Shown: positions 31,315 to 40,604 of the stretch, one piece after another
Position numbering within the stretch: the stretch's first letter is position 1
Layout of the letters: the number at the start of each line of letters is the position of its first letter
Virus record (IMG/VR): IMGVR_UViG_3300010158_000036
Coordinates: 1-64,000 of that record
From: a virus
Reading direction: 5' to 3' (one strand)
Length of the DNA: 64,000 nt
The notes under the pieces: generated by a model
What the model was told of the DNA's origin: nothing
What the model saw: only the letters and a program-made list of their open reading frames with translations
Database searches by the model: none
Position numbers and translations under genes: made by a program

Positions 31315-32717
31315 AGCTTATCACTTACAACTCTTAGTTTACTTGTATAATATCCATCAGAAAATGAATGAGTTACATTGGATATTATATATGGACCTGA
31401 TATTCTTTCATCTAATTGATCTATACTATTTCGGGTACTTTTATCATATATTTCAACATTAATAGCTTTATATATTTCTAAATTGATCTTTCTTCCAGGA
31501 TTTAAATATAAATCTCCATATACAGTAACTTCATGTGTAACTGAACTCATTCTTGCAGAAAATGCTTTCGCATTAGCTATATTAGCGAGTAAAGGTCCAG
31601 AAGTTGAATTCAATTGAGAAACTGGATTTGGAACTGTATTAACTTCCAAATTAGTCATGCTTGCATTAGGCATGTCAGATAATGCAATAGGCTTAAAATT
31701 TTTATCATGAGCATATAATGTAATAGATCCCTTATTAAATATAGTTTTAAACGGATCTTGTATAACATTGGTTGTGGCAAGAGTATTTGGTATAATAACT
31801 GATCGATTTTTATCAGCATTAAAAATTTGTTGAGTCCAAGTTTTAGTACCAAGATCTGTAACATTGACTACACTTGCAAATGCACCAGCCTTAGCTAACT
31901 CCAACTTATTTAATTTCATGTTGGATTGCATTTCAATAATTCGGAGAATCCCATCCTTATAAGCTTCAGGAGAATCTCCTGTATTATCCAACTTTTGTTT
32001 ATATGTGTATTTTCTATATGAGCTAGAATTAACTAATTCCGTCCATGAAGATAATCTTGGTATATTTTCTGAAATTCTATTATATAAGAAAAAAGGTGAA
32101 CCAACAGAATCAAATAGCTTGGATCTTAACCATTCAGCAGCTCTAAGAGGACTTTGAATGGTGATAATCCCATCAAACATAGTTATTGGAAGTTTTTTTG
32201 GTACAAGTAATTTTACATTAAGATCATCTTTAAAGATATTATAGATGTTTGTGAGAACATTGTTTTTTATAGACCGAGATATTTTTGTAAGAGCTGATAG
32301 ATAAGCAAAATCCGATATAGCAATAAGAGAATATTTTTGAATATTAGGAGATGATGCTAACTTTTCATAATTAGGATATTCAAGAACTGTTAATTTCAAC
32401 TTAATATTTTTTACGGGAGTTGCTGAATTGATTTCTGGATTATTACTAATCTTTTCAATTTCAATATTGATTATTTCTTGTCCATTAATACCAAAATCTT
32501 CAAAGAAATTAATCGTATCTTTTATAGTTGCCGATAATGTTATTACTGGGGAAAACAACTCTTCAGTTATAGTGAAAGATTCTACAATTCGACGAATATC
32601 TCTAACTTCATTCTTTGAGTTTGTTATATCAAACTTAATAAGATTGAAGGCGGATGGAATATTAGCAATTCCATTCTCAATACCCTTTGGTGTATTCCTT
32701 GTAATGATATTAGTCAT
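31311..32717 (-). CDS. Baseplate hub protein (gp27-like)
   Basis: FTITEELFSPVIT..ATIKD...INGQE, FFLY and VYGDLYLNPGRKINL...SGPYIISNVTHSF. Sits between gp53 and gp5. Confidence 0.7.
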   Translation of the reverse strand: MTNIITRNTPKGIENGIANIPSAFNLIKFDITNSKNEVRDIRRIVESFTITEELFSPVITLSATIKDTINFFEDFGINGQEIINIEIEKISNNPEINSATPVKNIKLKLTVLEYPNYEKLASSPNIQKYSLIAISDFAYLSALTKISRSIKNNVLTNIYNIFKDDLNVKLLVPKKLPITMFDGIITIQSPLRAAEWLRSKLFDSVGSPFFLYNRISENIPRLSSWTELVNSSSYRKYTYKQKLDNTGDSPEAYKDGILRIIEMQSNMKLNKLELAKAGAFASVVNVTDLGTKTWTQQIFNADKNRSVIIPNTLATTNVIQDPFKTIFNKGSITLYAHDKNFKPIALSDMPNASMTNLEVNTVPNPVSQLNSTSGPLLANIANAKAFSARMSSVTHEVTVYGDLYLNPGRKINLEIYKAINVEIYDKSTRNSIDQLDERISGPYIISNVTHSFSDGYYTSKLRVVSDKL

Positions 32718-32718
32718 A

Positions 32719-33711
32719 TTAACTATTCAAAACTGAGAAGTATGCAGATGCAAAATCAGCAATTCTATCGGCTCGGATGATTTTAATTTGAGTTTTGGCA
32801 TCATTTGTTATAGTCTCAATATCTTGAAAACTTTTATATATTGGTTCGTTTGTTCCTAACTTAATTAAGTCATATACATTTCTAATATTCCCAAATGTAT
32901 CATAATATGTATGAGCTGCATTATAGTATAAAGACCAATTGTATGGATATGATATGACAGTTTTATTATTTATTTCTGATGTAACACTAAGCGGAATATA
33001 CACTGAATGAAATATAACATCATTTATATCAGCCCCAGTTTCTATAATAGTTTTCCAGGCAGACTCTTTTAATCCGTTAGCCACATACATGGATTTCATG
33101 ATAGATAACCATTCAAGTTTTAGAGGAGAATTGACTACATTAGGCTCATGCCAAGAAAGTGAATAATGTGGAGATGATATAAAAGAATCTCTAGAATTAG
33201 AAGATATATCATAGATAATCAATTGTTGCCTAGCCGAATCAAATTTTAGAATTTTAGCACTACTTCCTACATCATTATTTAAACGCAAATATGGAAGATA
33301 CTTTGAATTCAAGGGAGTTAAACTAAAATCCATGAGATCATCTTTATTTTTAATATCAATTAAAGATTCTGGAGTAAATGTAATAACTGAATATGGAGAA
33401 TATTCAGCTTCTATCATACTATTTAAATCATAATAAGACATTGGCCATGCCTCATTGAGACCGTCTTTGAGAAACGAATTTAGAATAAAGAAAGTCCAAT
33501 AATAGTCGGAAGTTCCATATAGATCATATGATACTGTATCTGGTCTATCTCCATCACGAATAGTATAGTAGGTATAAACCGATGCATCATCGGGAAGTTT
33601 TGATGCAGTCACTGAAACCTCTTGTGTAATATTAGTGAGATTTGTAACAGAACCATCACCATAAAGATCATATGGTATTGTAGAGTATTTGGAAAAGAAT
33701 GGGGTTGGCAT
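32719..33711 (-). CDS. gp53: Baseplate wedge subunit gp53
   Basis: FFSKY..IPYD, YTIRDGDRPDTVSYDLYGTSDYYWTFFILN...WP and NDAKTQIKII. Confidence 0.9.
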   Translation of the reverse strand: MPTPFFSKYSTIPYDLYGDGSVTNLTNITQEVSVTASKLPDDASVYTYYTIRDGDRPDTVSYDLYGTSDYYWTFFILNSFLKDGLNEAWPMSYYDLNSMIEAEYSPYSVITFTPESLIDIKNKDDLMDFSLTPLNSKYLPYLRLNNDVGSSAKILKFDSARQQLIIYDISSNSRDSFISSPHYSLSWHEPNVVNSPLKLEWLSIMKSMYVANGLKESAWKTIIETGADINDVIFHSVYIPLSVTSEINNKTVISYPYNWSLYYNAAHTYYDTFGNIRNVYDLIKLGTNEPIYKSFQDIETITNDAKTQIKIIRADRIADFASAYFSVLNS

Positions 33712-33722
33712 GATAGATTAAA

Positions 33723-34727
33723 TTAAAGGCCTCCTACCCTTGTACCGGATGCATTACCCCCAAGATATTGAGGAAGAGTTCCTAGAGGACCAGCTTTACC
33801 GACTCCATCATTATTAATAGGAGGAAGCGGACTTATTAAATCAGATGATGATGAATTCGGCGCAGCAACATCTGGAGCAACATCTGGAGTAAATACATTG
33901 ATGCCAGTTCTCTTTGGTTTATCACTATTCAGACTTAGAATATCTTCATATGTAAGTGCTCTTGTTTCTTTAAATGATACAGTTAATTCAGTTGCAAACG
34001 GAGCAGAATCATTTCTCCACATATTATTAGAAGAGTTGAAAGTAGAATCAACACTTTCCAGATAACAATCAAATATCTTTGGAATATGATCGAGTTCTTT
34101 TATTTCATTTCCTCCGCTAAAAGCAACAAACCGAATAGTCCAGGATGGCGGATATAATAATTGAAATCCATTTGAAACTGGATAAACCCCTGATCGGAAA
34201 GCATATACAATACGTCTAATAAGATCAGCTTCAGGAGCACTACTAGGTATTAAATTAAATTTAAAAGTAAATGTCCTTGTACCAACTCCAGAAAATTCTG
34301 TATTTACATAAGGATTGAAAATAGTACCTGCCCCAATAGATGCCGCTGAAGATATATTAGGAGAAACTGATTTCAATCCTTTTAGAACAAGTGAAGCTAT
34401 TTCTTCCTTAGATCCACCTAATTGTTGCTTGGCGTTATCAAATACTCCTTTGATAGCATCCATATTTGCACCACCTTGTAAAGATCCAGCAACTGCATTC
34501 CCAATAACTCCAAGTTCTTTTGCCGTATAAGTTGAACTATCGGCCGTAGAAATTCCAGTAGGAATTGGTAGTGCTATCATTGGAGCTTGTGCTCGCAATC
34601 TAATATTCGATGATGCCACATTCTTATTATTCTGAGTAAATACAACCATTGGCCTATAAGTCGTAGATGCAACCATAATATCCAATGGAAATATTAATGG
34701 AGCTGAAGACTGTGAGTTATTTGCCAT
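33723..34727 (-). CDS. gp48: Baseplate tail-tube cap gp48
   Basis: IALPIP, FNPYVNTEFSGVGTRTFTFKFNLIPSSAPEA, YPPSW, CYLESV and ELTVSFKET. Start re-called at ATG 34727 (MANNSQ), 8 nt after a late promoter. Confidence 0.85.
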   Translation of the reverse strand: MANNSQSSAPLIFPLDIMVASTTYRPMVVFTQNNKNVASSNIRLRAQAPMIALPIPTGISTADSSTYTAKELGVIGNAVAGSLQGGANMDAIKGVFDNAKQQLGGSKEEIASLVLKGLKSVSPNISSAASIGAGTIFNPYVNTEFSGVGTRTFTFKFNLIPSSAPEADLIRRIVYAFRSGVYPVSNGFQLLYPPSWTIRFVAFSGGNEIKELDHIPKIFDCYLESVDSTFNSSNNMWRNDSAPFATELTVSFKETRALTYEDILSLNSDKPKRTGINVFTPDVAPDVAAPNSSSSDLISPLPPINNDGVGKAGPLGTLPQYLGGNASGTRVGGL

Positions 34728-34743
34728 GATAAATATATTTATA
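34728..34743. promoter_or_regulatory. Back-to-back late promoters in a 17-bp gap between divergent gp48 and gp4
   Basis: GATAAATA (+, 34728-34735, variant) and TATAAATA (-, 34736-34743). Confidence 0.65.
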
Positions 34744-34744
34744 T

Positions 34745-35224
34745 ATGTCAAAGTACTATTCTGGAAAATTTCGTCCAAAAAACATTTCTAAGTATGAAGG
34801 ACAATATGATAATATACAATATAGATCATTATGGGAACGACAAGTATTTAAATGGTGTGATGAAAATCCTAGTATAATTTCATGGTCTTCAGAAGAAACT
34901 GTAGTTCCATATGTTTGTAGAACTGATAATAAACACCATCGGTATTTCGTTGATCTCAAAATTACCTTCTCTAATGGTAAAACTTTTCTAATTGAAATCA
35001 AGCCAAAAGCTCAAACTATTTTACCTAAAAAACCTGCACGGCAAACTCGAAAGTTTCTTTTGGAAGTTCTTACTTATACAAAAAACCAGTCAAAATGGCA
35101 CGCAGCAGAAGCATATGCACATCAAAGAGGTTGGGAATTTGAGGTTTGGACTGAAGATTCTTTGGCAGATTTAGGAATCAAGCTTATTATTGAACGAGCT
35201 CCTAAACCAAAAAGGAAGATATAA
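34745..35224 (+). CDS. gp4: Head completion protein gp4 (TnsA-like nuclease fold)
   Basis: YSGKFRPKN..KY.G, YRSLWER, WSSEE..VPY, HRYFVD, IEIKP and NQSKW.AA. Confidence 0.95.
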   Translation: MSKYYSGKFRPKNISKYEGQYDNIQYRSLWERQVFKWCDENPSIISWSSEETVVPYVCRTDNKHHRYFVDLKITFSNGKTFLIEIKPKAQTILPKKPARQTRKFLLEVLTYTKNQSKWHAAEAYAHQRGWEFEVWTEDSLADLGIKLIIERAPKPKRKI

Positions 35225-35235
35225 ATAATATCTAT

Positions 35236-35823
35236 ATGATATCTTTTAAAACTTACATCTTATTGGAAAATTCTGATTATCGAGGAAACCATTCAGCCCC
35301 CATGAATACTCCAGATAAGGCGCCTCTTCACAAACTAGATATGATATATCCCGATGATATCTATAGTTTAGATGCCGCAAGACTATACGGTGATATGGGT
35401 GGAGATTTGAATGATAGGATTTCTATAAGCCTTATAAAGGCTTATAGAAATAAGCCCAATGCAAAGGTTACGATTTATCGAGCAGTTCCTAAGATTTTAA
35501 GTAATTCTGAGAAGTTGTCTAAATTGAAAACAATGAAATATAACTTCATGAGCAGAAAGTTAATTCCTAGATCTTACAAAGGGGATAAGAAGCTTTTTTA
35601 TGATTGGGTTACAAAGGAGATAGAGGAAGTTAAAGATAAACCAAACACAGCCAAACTTGTTATTTCTCCTGGAGATTGGGTTACTTTAAATAGACAATAT
35701 GCAGTTAATCATGGATTAGGAGAATTGCGGGGCAATTATAGAATTCTCACTAAGACTGTGTTAGCCAATCAATTATTTACAGATGGTAATTCAATTCATG
35801 AATTTGGATATGATCCCAGTTAA
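35236..35823 (+). CDS. Putative injected internal head protein with ADP-ribosyltransferase-like fold
   Basis: TATAAATA at 35220-35227. N-terminal MISFKTYILLE resembles a capsid-targeting sequence. VTIYRAVP / GDWVTLNRQYA / SIHEFGY match an R-S/T-E pattern. Confidence 0.55.
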   Translation: MISFKTYILLENSDYRGNHSAPMNTPDKAPLHKLDMIYPDDIYSLDAARLYGDMGGDLNDRISISLIKAYRNKPNAKVTIYRAVPKILSNSEKLSKLKTMKYNFMSRKLIPRSYKGDKKLFYDWVTKEIEEVKDKPNTAKLVISPGDWVTLNRQYAVNHGLGELRGNYRILTKTVLANQLFTDGNSIHEFGYDPS

Positions 35824-35835
35824 TAAATATTTAAT

Positions 35836-36405
35836 ATGGTGATCTCTAATTCAAATTCTCTTTTTCAAAAACTACATGCTGAAGCTAAATCGGCCGGAAT
35901 CATTCCTAACACGATAGCATCACATAAATGGTTTTTATCAAAGTTATCAGGAATGCGACAGACTATTGCCGAACGCACAATTATTACGGATACTTCATTA
36001 AAGTCTGGTAATAGAGCTAAAATAGGAAAAATGTATGCTTTTCGATATGATCCTAAACATAAATTAACTCTTCCATTGTATGATGCATTTCCCTTAATTT
36101 TAATGGTTGGTCCTGCAAAAGGAGCTAATGGAGAACAGGGATTCTATGGACTCAATCTTCATTATCTTCCTCCACAAGCTCGGGCGGTTTTCTTTGATAG
36201 ACTTATGTCTTTTACCAATAAAAGATATGATGCAAATACACAAATTCGTTTATCATATTCTATGCTTAAATCTGCATCAAGATTGAAAGCATTTGAACCT
36301 TGTTTTCATATGTATTTGCTAAAACACATGAAAGGATTTGCCGTAGAAATTCCTGCAACAGAATGGGAAATTGCTTTGTTCATGCCTTGCGAAAACTTCA
36401 AATAA
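35836..36405 (+). CDS. gp2: DNA end protector protein gp2
   Basis: GKMYAFRYDPKHKLTLPLYDAFPLI, GFYGLNLHYLPP..R, PCFHMYL and EWEIALFMP. Confidence 0.95.
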   Translation: MVISNSNSLFQKLHAEAKSAGIIPNTIASHKWFLSKLSGMRQTIAERTIITDTSLKSGNRAKIGKMYAFRYDPKHKLTLPLYDAFPLILMVGPAKGANGEQGFYGLNLHYLPPQARAVFFDRLMSFTNKRYDANTQIRLSYSMLKSASRLKAFEPCFHMYLLKHMKGFAVEIPATEWEIALFMPCENFK

Positions 36406-36412
36406 ATTTTAT

Positions 36413-37261
36413 ATGGCTATTACAAATCCTATTCCTCCAAAGAACACTTCTAAATCAGATCCAAAAACTCTACTTTCTAGAATTCAAGCTAGACAAGGTC
36501 TGTCCAGGAGTAATAGATTTTATGTGGATTTCAGTGCTGTCGGCACTTTATTCCAAGTTGATAATGTTCAGTTGGATGATCTTAATTATTTTTGTGAAAC
36601 ATCTTCAATTCCTGGAAGAACAATAGAAACAGTTGAATATGGTATATGGCATCGACCAATTAAATTGCCTGCAGGTTATACTAACGATGATGTTACAATG
36701 ACATTCCATATGACCAATGATTTCTTTGTTAAGAAGTTATTGGATTTATGGATGGGAAAGATCATTAATATTGATACATATCTTTTGAATTATGATAATG
36801 AATATAAAACTTCCATCAAGCTTTATCAATTAGATCAAAGTGATAAAATTATATATGGTGTAGAACTTATAGAAGCATATCCATATACAGTAAAAGCGTT
36901 AGAATTGAATAATGGTATTGAAAATGAAATAGTTTCATGTTCGGCTTCATTTACATATAAAGACTTTCGTGTTATTTCTGTTACAAATTCTGATATAACA
37001 TCAAATCCTATTTCTGTTAATAATCAATATAACAATAGTGCTCCTGTTCCTGGCTCGTCATTAACTCCATTACAGCCAGCCAATAATCCATCTTATCAAA
37101 CTATAGCTCCGGCAACACCCGGATTGGCTCCTCAACCAGATAATCAACCTTCAATATTAGACACTTTAAACCCTTCATTCTTAGATCCAAGAGTTGTTCC
37201 GCCTATCACTTCTCCAACAACTCCTGATTATAAACCCATAATTCCACAAACTCCAGTTTAA
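36413..37261 (+). CDS. Tail tube-family protein (gp54/gp19-like) with Pro-rich C-terminal extension
   Basis: GLSRSNRFYV, CETSSIPGR, VTMTF, IKLYQLD and LIEAYP. Start re-called at ATG 36413. Confidence 0.8.
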   Translation: MAITNPIPPKNTSKSDPKTLLSRIQARQGLSRSNRFYVDFSAVGTLFQVDNVQLDDLNYFCETSSIPGRTIETVEYGIWHRPIKLPAGYTNDDVTMTFHMTNDFFVKKLLDLWMGKIINIDTYLLNYDNEYKTSIKLYQLDQSDKIIYGVELIEAYPYTVKALELNNGIENEIVSCSASFTYKDFRVISVTNSDITSNPISVNNQYNNSAPVPGSSLTPLQPANNPSYQTIAPATPGLAPQPDNQPSILDTLNPSFLDPRVVPPITSPTTPDYKPIIPQTPV

Positions 37262-37297
37262 TTTGAAGATATATATTATATAACACAATAATAAATT

Positions 37298-38005
37298 ATG
37301 GCACTTCCTATCATTACATCTCCGAGATATTCGCTTACTGTTCCGTCAACACAAAAAACTATAGAATTTCGTCCATTTTTGGTTAAGGAAGAAAAGATTC
37401 TCCTAATAGCACAAGAATCTTCGGATAATACAGAGATTATTCAAGCAATGAAAAATATTATTTCTGCTTGTACATTCAATAAAGTTGATCCTGAAACTCT
37501 TTCAGTATTAGACCTTGAATATATCTTTCTCAAGCTTCGTTCAAAATCTGTAGGAGAAATTGCAACTATTAATTGTAAGTGTACAAAGTGTAAGAAGTTT
37601 ACTCAAACCTCAATTAATCTTGAAGATATTAAGATTGATAATGATCCTAAAAAGAGCAAAATTATTATGCTTACAGATAAAATTGGACTTAATATGAGAT
37701 ATATTCAAGTTAAAGATATGAATGTTCTCATGAATGATAAGTCGGAAAAAACTGATATGATTACCGATATTGTTATTGCTTCCATTGCTAGTATTTTTGA
37801 TGATGTTGGGGTATATCTTTCAGAACAAACATCAAGAGAAGAAATGGAAACATTTATCAATTCTTTAAATAGAACTCAAATGTCTCTAATTGAAACTTTC
37901 ATTGCAGAAGCTCCAAAATTATCACATGTTGTAAAGTTTGTATGCTCTTCTTGTAAGGAAAAGAATTCTATAACATTGATTGGTGCACAAAGTTTTTTCG
38001 AGTAG
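37298..38005 (+). CDS. gp26: Baseplate hub assembly protein gp26
   Basis: MALP...P.Y...VPST..IEFRPFLVKEEKILL, DLEYIFLKLRSKSVGE, two CxxC motifs and C-terminal GAQSFF. Confidence 0.9.
   Translation: MALPIITSPRYSLTVPSTQKTIEFRPFLVKEEKILLIAQESSDNTEIIQAMKNIISACTFNKVDPETLSVLDLEYIFLKLRSKSVGEIATINCKCTKCKKFTQTSINLEDIKIDNDPKKSKIIMLTDKIGLNMRYIQVKDMNVLMNDKSEKTDMITDIVIASIASIFDDVGVYLSEQTSREEMETFINSLNRTQMSLIETFIAEAPKLSHVVKFVCSSCKEKNSITLIGAQSFFE
37993..37999 (+). other. Candidate -1 ribosomal frameshift heptamer T TTT TTC
   Basis: In the gp26 frame AGT TTT TTC GAG TAG. A -1 slip enters the gp51-like frame (CGA GTA GCG CTC TCT CAC...). Confidence 0.7.
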
Positions 38006-38196
38006 CGCTCTCTCACGCAAGTCTTGTGAACTTTTATCAAGAAATGTTTGCTCTTGCGCAATATCACCATTGGAGCCTAAATGAGTTAAATGATCTAATT
38101 CCTTGGGAAAAGGAAATCTATCTATCCTTACTCATAAATCATATTAAGGATGAGGAAGAGAAACAAAAAAGAGAGAGTCATAAATCATATAAATAA
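37999..38196 (+). CDS. gp51: Baseplate hub assembly catalyst gp51-like (probably expressed as a gp26 frameshift fusion)
   Basis: Missed by the ORF track. Reads RVALSHASLVNFYQEMFALAQYHHWSLNELNDLIPWEKEIYLSLLINHIKDEEEKQK... First possible starts are internal (GTG 38026, ATG 38044). Confidence 0.8.
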   Translation, partial: RVALSHASLVNFYQEMFALAQYHHWSLNELNDLIPWEKEIYLSLLINHIKDEEEKQKRESHKSYK

Positions 38197-38205
38197 AGAT
38201 GAACT

Positions 38206-40266
38206 ATGGCTAAAAAAATATCAAGAACTTCTTCTAATTCGGTTTCTCTTCAAGGAGGATTTCTTGATATTATTGATGAGATTAAAAAATCAAATCAAAT
38301 CGTCGGATCCATTGCAGAATCTATTAAAGTATTGGATACCGCCAAGTCTTTAGTATTAAAACCTACAGAAGGTCTTCATCATGAAATAGAAATGGGTTTA
38401 CTCAATATAGCAAATGTCGCAGCTATATTAAGAGAAATCAGAGATGATAAAAAATGGGAAGAGATAGTTAAATATACCAGATTAAGTGCAGAGAGAATAT
38501 TAACTCTCACTGAAGCTATTAGTAATATTAAGATAGTAAATCCGGTTACAAGTGCTATTTCTAGTAATAAACCTATGGGAGCTACTAGAGTATTAACGTC
38601 TCCAGGTAAACGAATAACAAAAATATCAAGTTATAGAGGATCTCGCCATCAAATGGTAGATACTTCAATCGAAACTCCTGGTGTAGGAAATCTATTAAAA
38701 GGTTTAATGTTAAGTATCACACCTCAATTTGTTTTTGATGTATATACAAACGGTATTCAGAAATTAGTCAATGTTATAAAATCAATAGATATTTCTTTAA
38801 TTGATGAAAAATTAAAACATCTTTCAGGACTATCAAGAATAGTTAAAGATATTCAAAGTATCAGTTGGATTGGTGTATTGAAAGGCGCATTGACTCTTAA
38901 AAGTCTTTCTCATATATATGCAATGGGTATACGAGCATTAGTAAATGCTTTGAGTACAATAGATATACCTAAAGAACTTGAAGAAAGAATCAGACTTTTT
39001 GCTCATATATTAGATCCTTTGGAAACTCTTCAGAATCTAAAATTCGTAAAGATGTTAGCAGGGTCTTTATTGCTATCAACTATTACCAATAATATAGTTG
39101 CAGGTCTAACACCATTAACATCTATACCTACTACAAAATTAGAAAAGTTAAAAAATGTAGGAATTATGTTACAAGAGGTATTTACTCCTATTGCAAAATT
39201 TCTTAGTTCTGTTGCGGGATCTCTAATGAAAGGAGCTTTAGGTATAACTTTATTGGGAGCTTCAATATTGCCATTTGTATTTTCATTGAAAATGATGGAA
39301 GGTATTAAAGAGGACACCATTGAAAATCTTGCTAAAGGCTTAGTAGTATTAGCTATTGCTGGCGGTGTACTTGGATCTGCATTACCAATGGTTGCGGCTG
39401 GAGCTTTAGGTATAACTTTATTGGGAGCCTCAATATTTCCTTTTATACTTGCACTCGAATCGCTACAAGGAATTGATTGGAAAATTATTGAGACTATTGG
39501 TCCAGCATTATCATCTTTAGCTGAAGGGGCAATACCATTAGTTCTAGCCGGTCCAGGTTTAACTTTAGGTGCTATAGGTCTTGGTTTATTTGCAGGAGGT
39601 CTTAAGTCGTTATCAATGGCAATGAATAATGATTCTGCTAAAACATTAACAACCTTTGTAACCAATTTAACAGATCTCACTAAGAATGTAACATTTACAA
39701 AACTTAAAGATATTGCTTTGGGAGTTGGTGCATTAGCCTTAGGTATTGCCGGACTTGGAGCTGGCACCGCAATTGATGGTATTCTATCATTCTTTGGTAA
39801 AAAACTAGGACTTACAATAGATCCAATTGCACAAATCATAAGTCTAGCTGAACGAGGTGCTGGTATCACTCTTGTTGGCGACGGTCTTAATAATATAGCA
39901 AAAGGCTTAGCGAGTATTGCAGACGCCGCTGATGGACTTAAAGCCTTAACTGATTTAGATATTGATAAACTTGAAAGTGTTGCAAAATTTCAAAAAGCCG
40001 TTTCCGCTGGATATACATCATGGGATGATTATAAAAGTCATGATTATAAAGATCGTAATGCAATTAAAACTATAGAACCTACTACAGGTATTAGTGTGAA
40101 CAGTGATGTCAGTAGATCACTTGGCGGGCAAGGAAGCTCTACTCCAATTATTGTTAACAATATTAACACTGGTGGTAATGTATCATCGAATAGTTCTAAT
40201 ATTATGAATAGTGTGATGATGGCCTCAGTACCCGGAAGCGGAATACCTGCATTATGGGATTATTAA
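38206..40266 (+). CDS. Tape measure-like protein (gp29 position)
   Basis: 686 aa, helical and A/G/L-rich, with duplicated GALGITLLGASI(L/F)PF and C-terminal PIIVNNIN. Follows gp26/gp51. TATAAATA at 38188-38195. Confidence 0.7.
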   Translation: MAKKISRTSSNSVSLQGGFLDIIDEIKKSNQIVGSIAESIKVLDTAKSLVLKPTEGLHHEIEMGLLNIANVAAILREIRDDKKWEEIVKYTRLSAERILTLTEAISNIKIVNPVTSAISSNKPMGATRVLTSPGKRITKISSYRGSRHQMVDTSIETPGVGNLLKGLMLSITPQFVFDVYTNGIQKLVNVIKSIDISLIDEKLKHLSGLSRIVKDIQSISWIGVLKGALTLKSLSHIYAMGIRALVNALSTIDIPKELEERIRLFAHILDPLETLQNLKFVKMLAGSLLLSTITNNIVAGLTPLTSIPTTKLEKLKNVGIMLQEVFTPIAKFLSSVAGSLMKGALGITLLGASILPFVFSLKMMEGIKEDTIENLAKGLVVLAIAGGVLGSALPMVAAGALGITLLGASIFPFILALESLQGIDWKIIETIGPALSSLAEGAIPLVLAGPGLTLGAIGLGLFAGGLKSLSMAMNNDSAKTLTTFVTNLTDLTKNVTFTKLKDIALGVGALALGIAGLGAGTAIDGILSFFGKKLGLTIDPIAQIISLAERGAGITLVGDGLNNIAKGLASIADAADGLKALTDLDIDKLESVAKFQKAVSAGYTSWDDYKSHDYKDRNAIKTIEPTTGISVNSDVSRSLGGQGSSTPIIVNNINTGGNVSSNSSNIMNSVMMASVPGSGIPALWDY

Positions 40267-40535
40267 ATCCTATTCTCATATAAAAAGGTATCAAACTCTT
40301 CTGCTGTATGTATACCTTCAAGAGTAGATAGAATATTTCCATTCATATCATAGAAGATACAGTATGGAATTCCTGTAAGTTTTGAATCTAGAACTATATG
40401 AATATTATCATAATTATCGACATCAATAATCTGTAATTGAGTTGGAGTCCTATTACAATAATCTTGAATAACTATTTGATACTTCTTACAATCTATACAA
40501 GAAAGTAAAGTAAAAACCCTGATTAAAAAGATCAT
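40263..40535 (-). CDS. Thioredoxin/glutaredoxin-like protein
   Basis: VFTLLSCIDCK (CxxC) and GIP cis-Pro motif. Start re-called at ATG 40535 because the track start lies inside the terminator. Confidence 0.7.
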   Translation of the reverse strand: MIFLIRVFTLLSCIDCKKYQIVIQDYCNRTPTQLQIIDVDNYDNIHIVLDSKLTGIPYCIFYDMNGNILSTLEGIHTAEEFDTFLYENRI

Positions 40536-40548
40536 AAAGTATATAACA

Positions 40549-40588
40549 AAAATCCCGACACTTCTCAAAAAAGAGGTGTCGGGATTTT
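40549..40588. terminator. Intrinsic terminator hairpin downstream of gp32
   Basis: AAAATCCCGACAC (40549-40561) pairs perfectly with GTGTCGGGATTTT (40576-40588). Confidence 0.85.
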
Positions 40589-40604
40589 AAGTTTTATTTA
40601 ATCG

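Noticed and set aside
39030-39869. 279-aa antisense ORF
   Set aside because: It is a shadow of the Ala/Gly/Leu-rich tape measure gene with no recognisable motifs.
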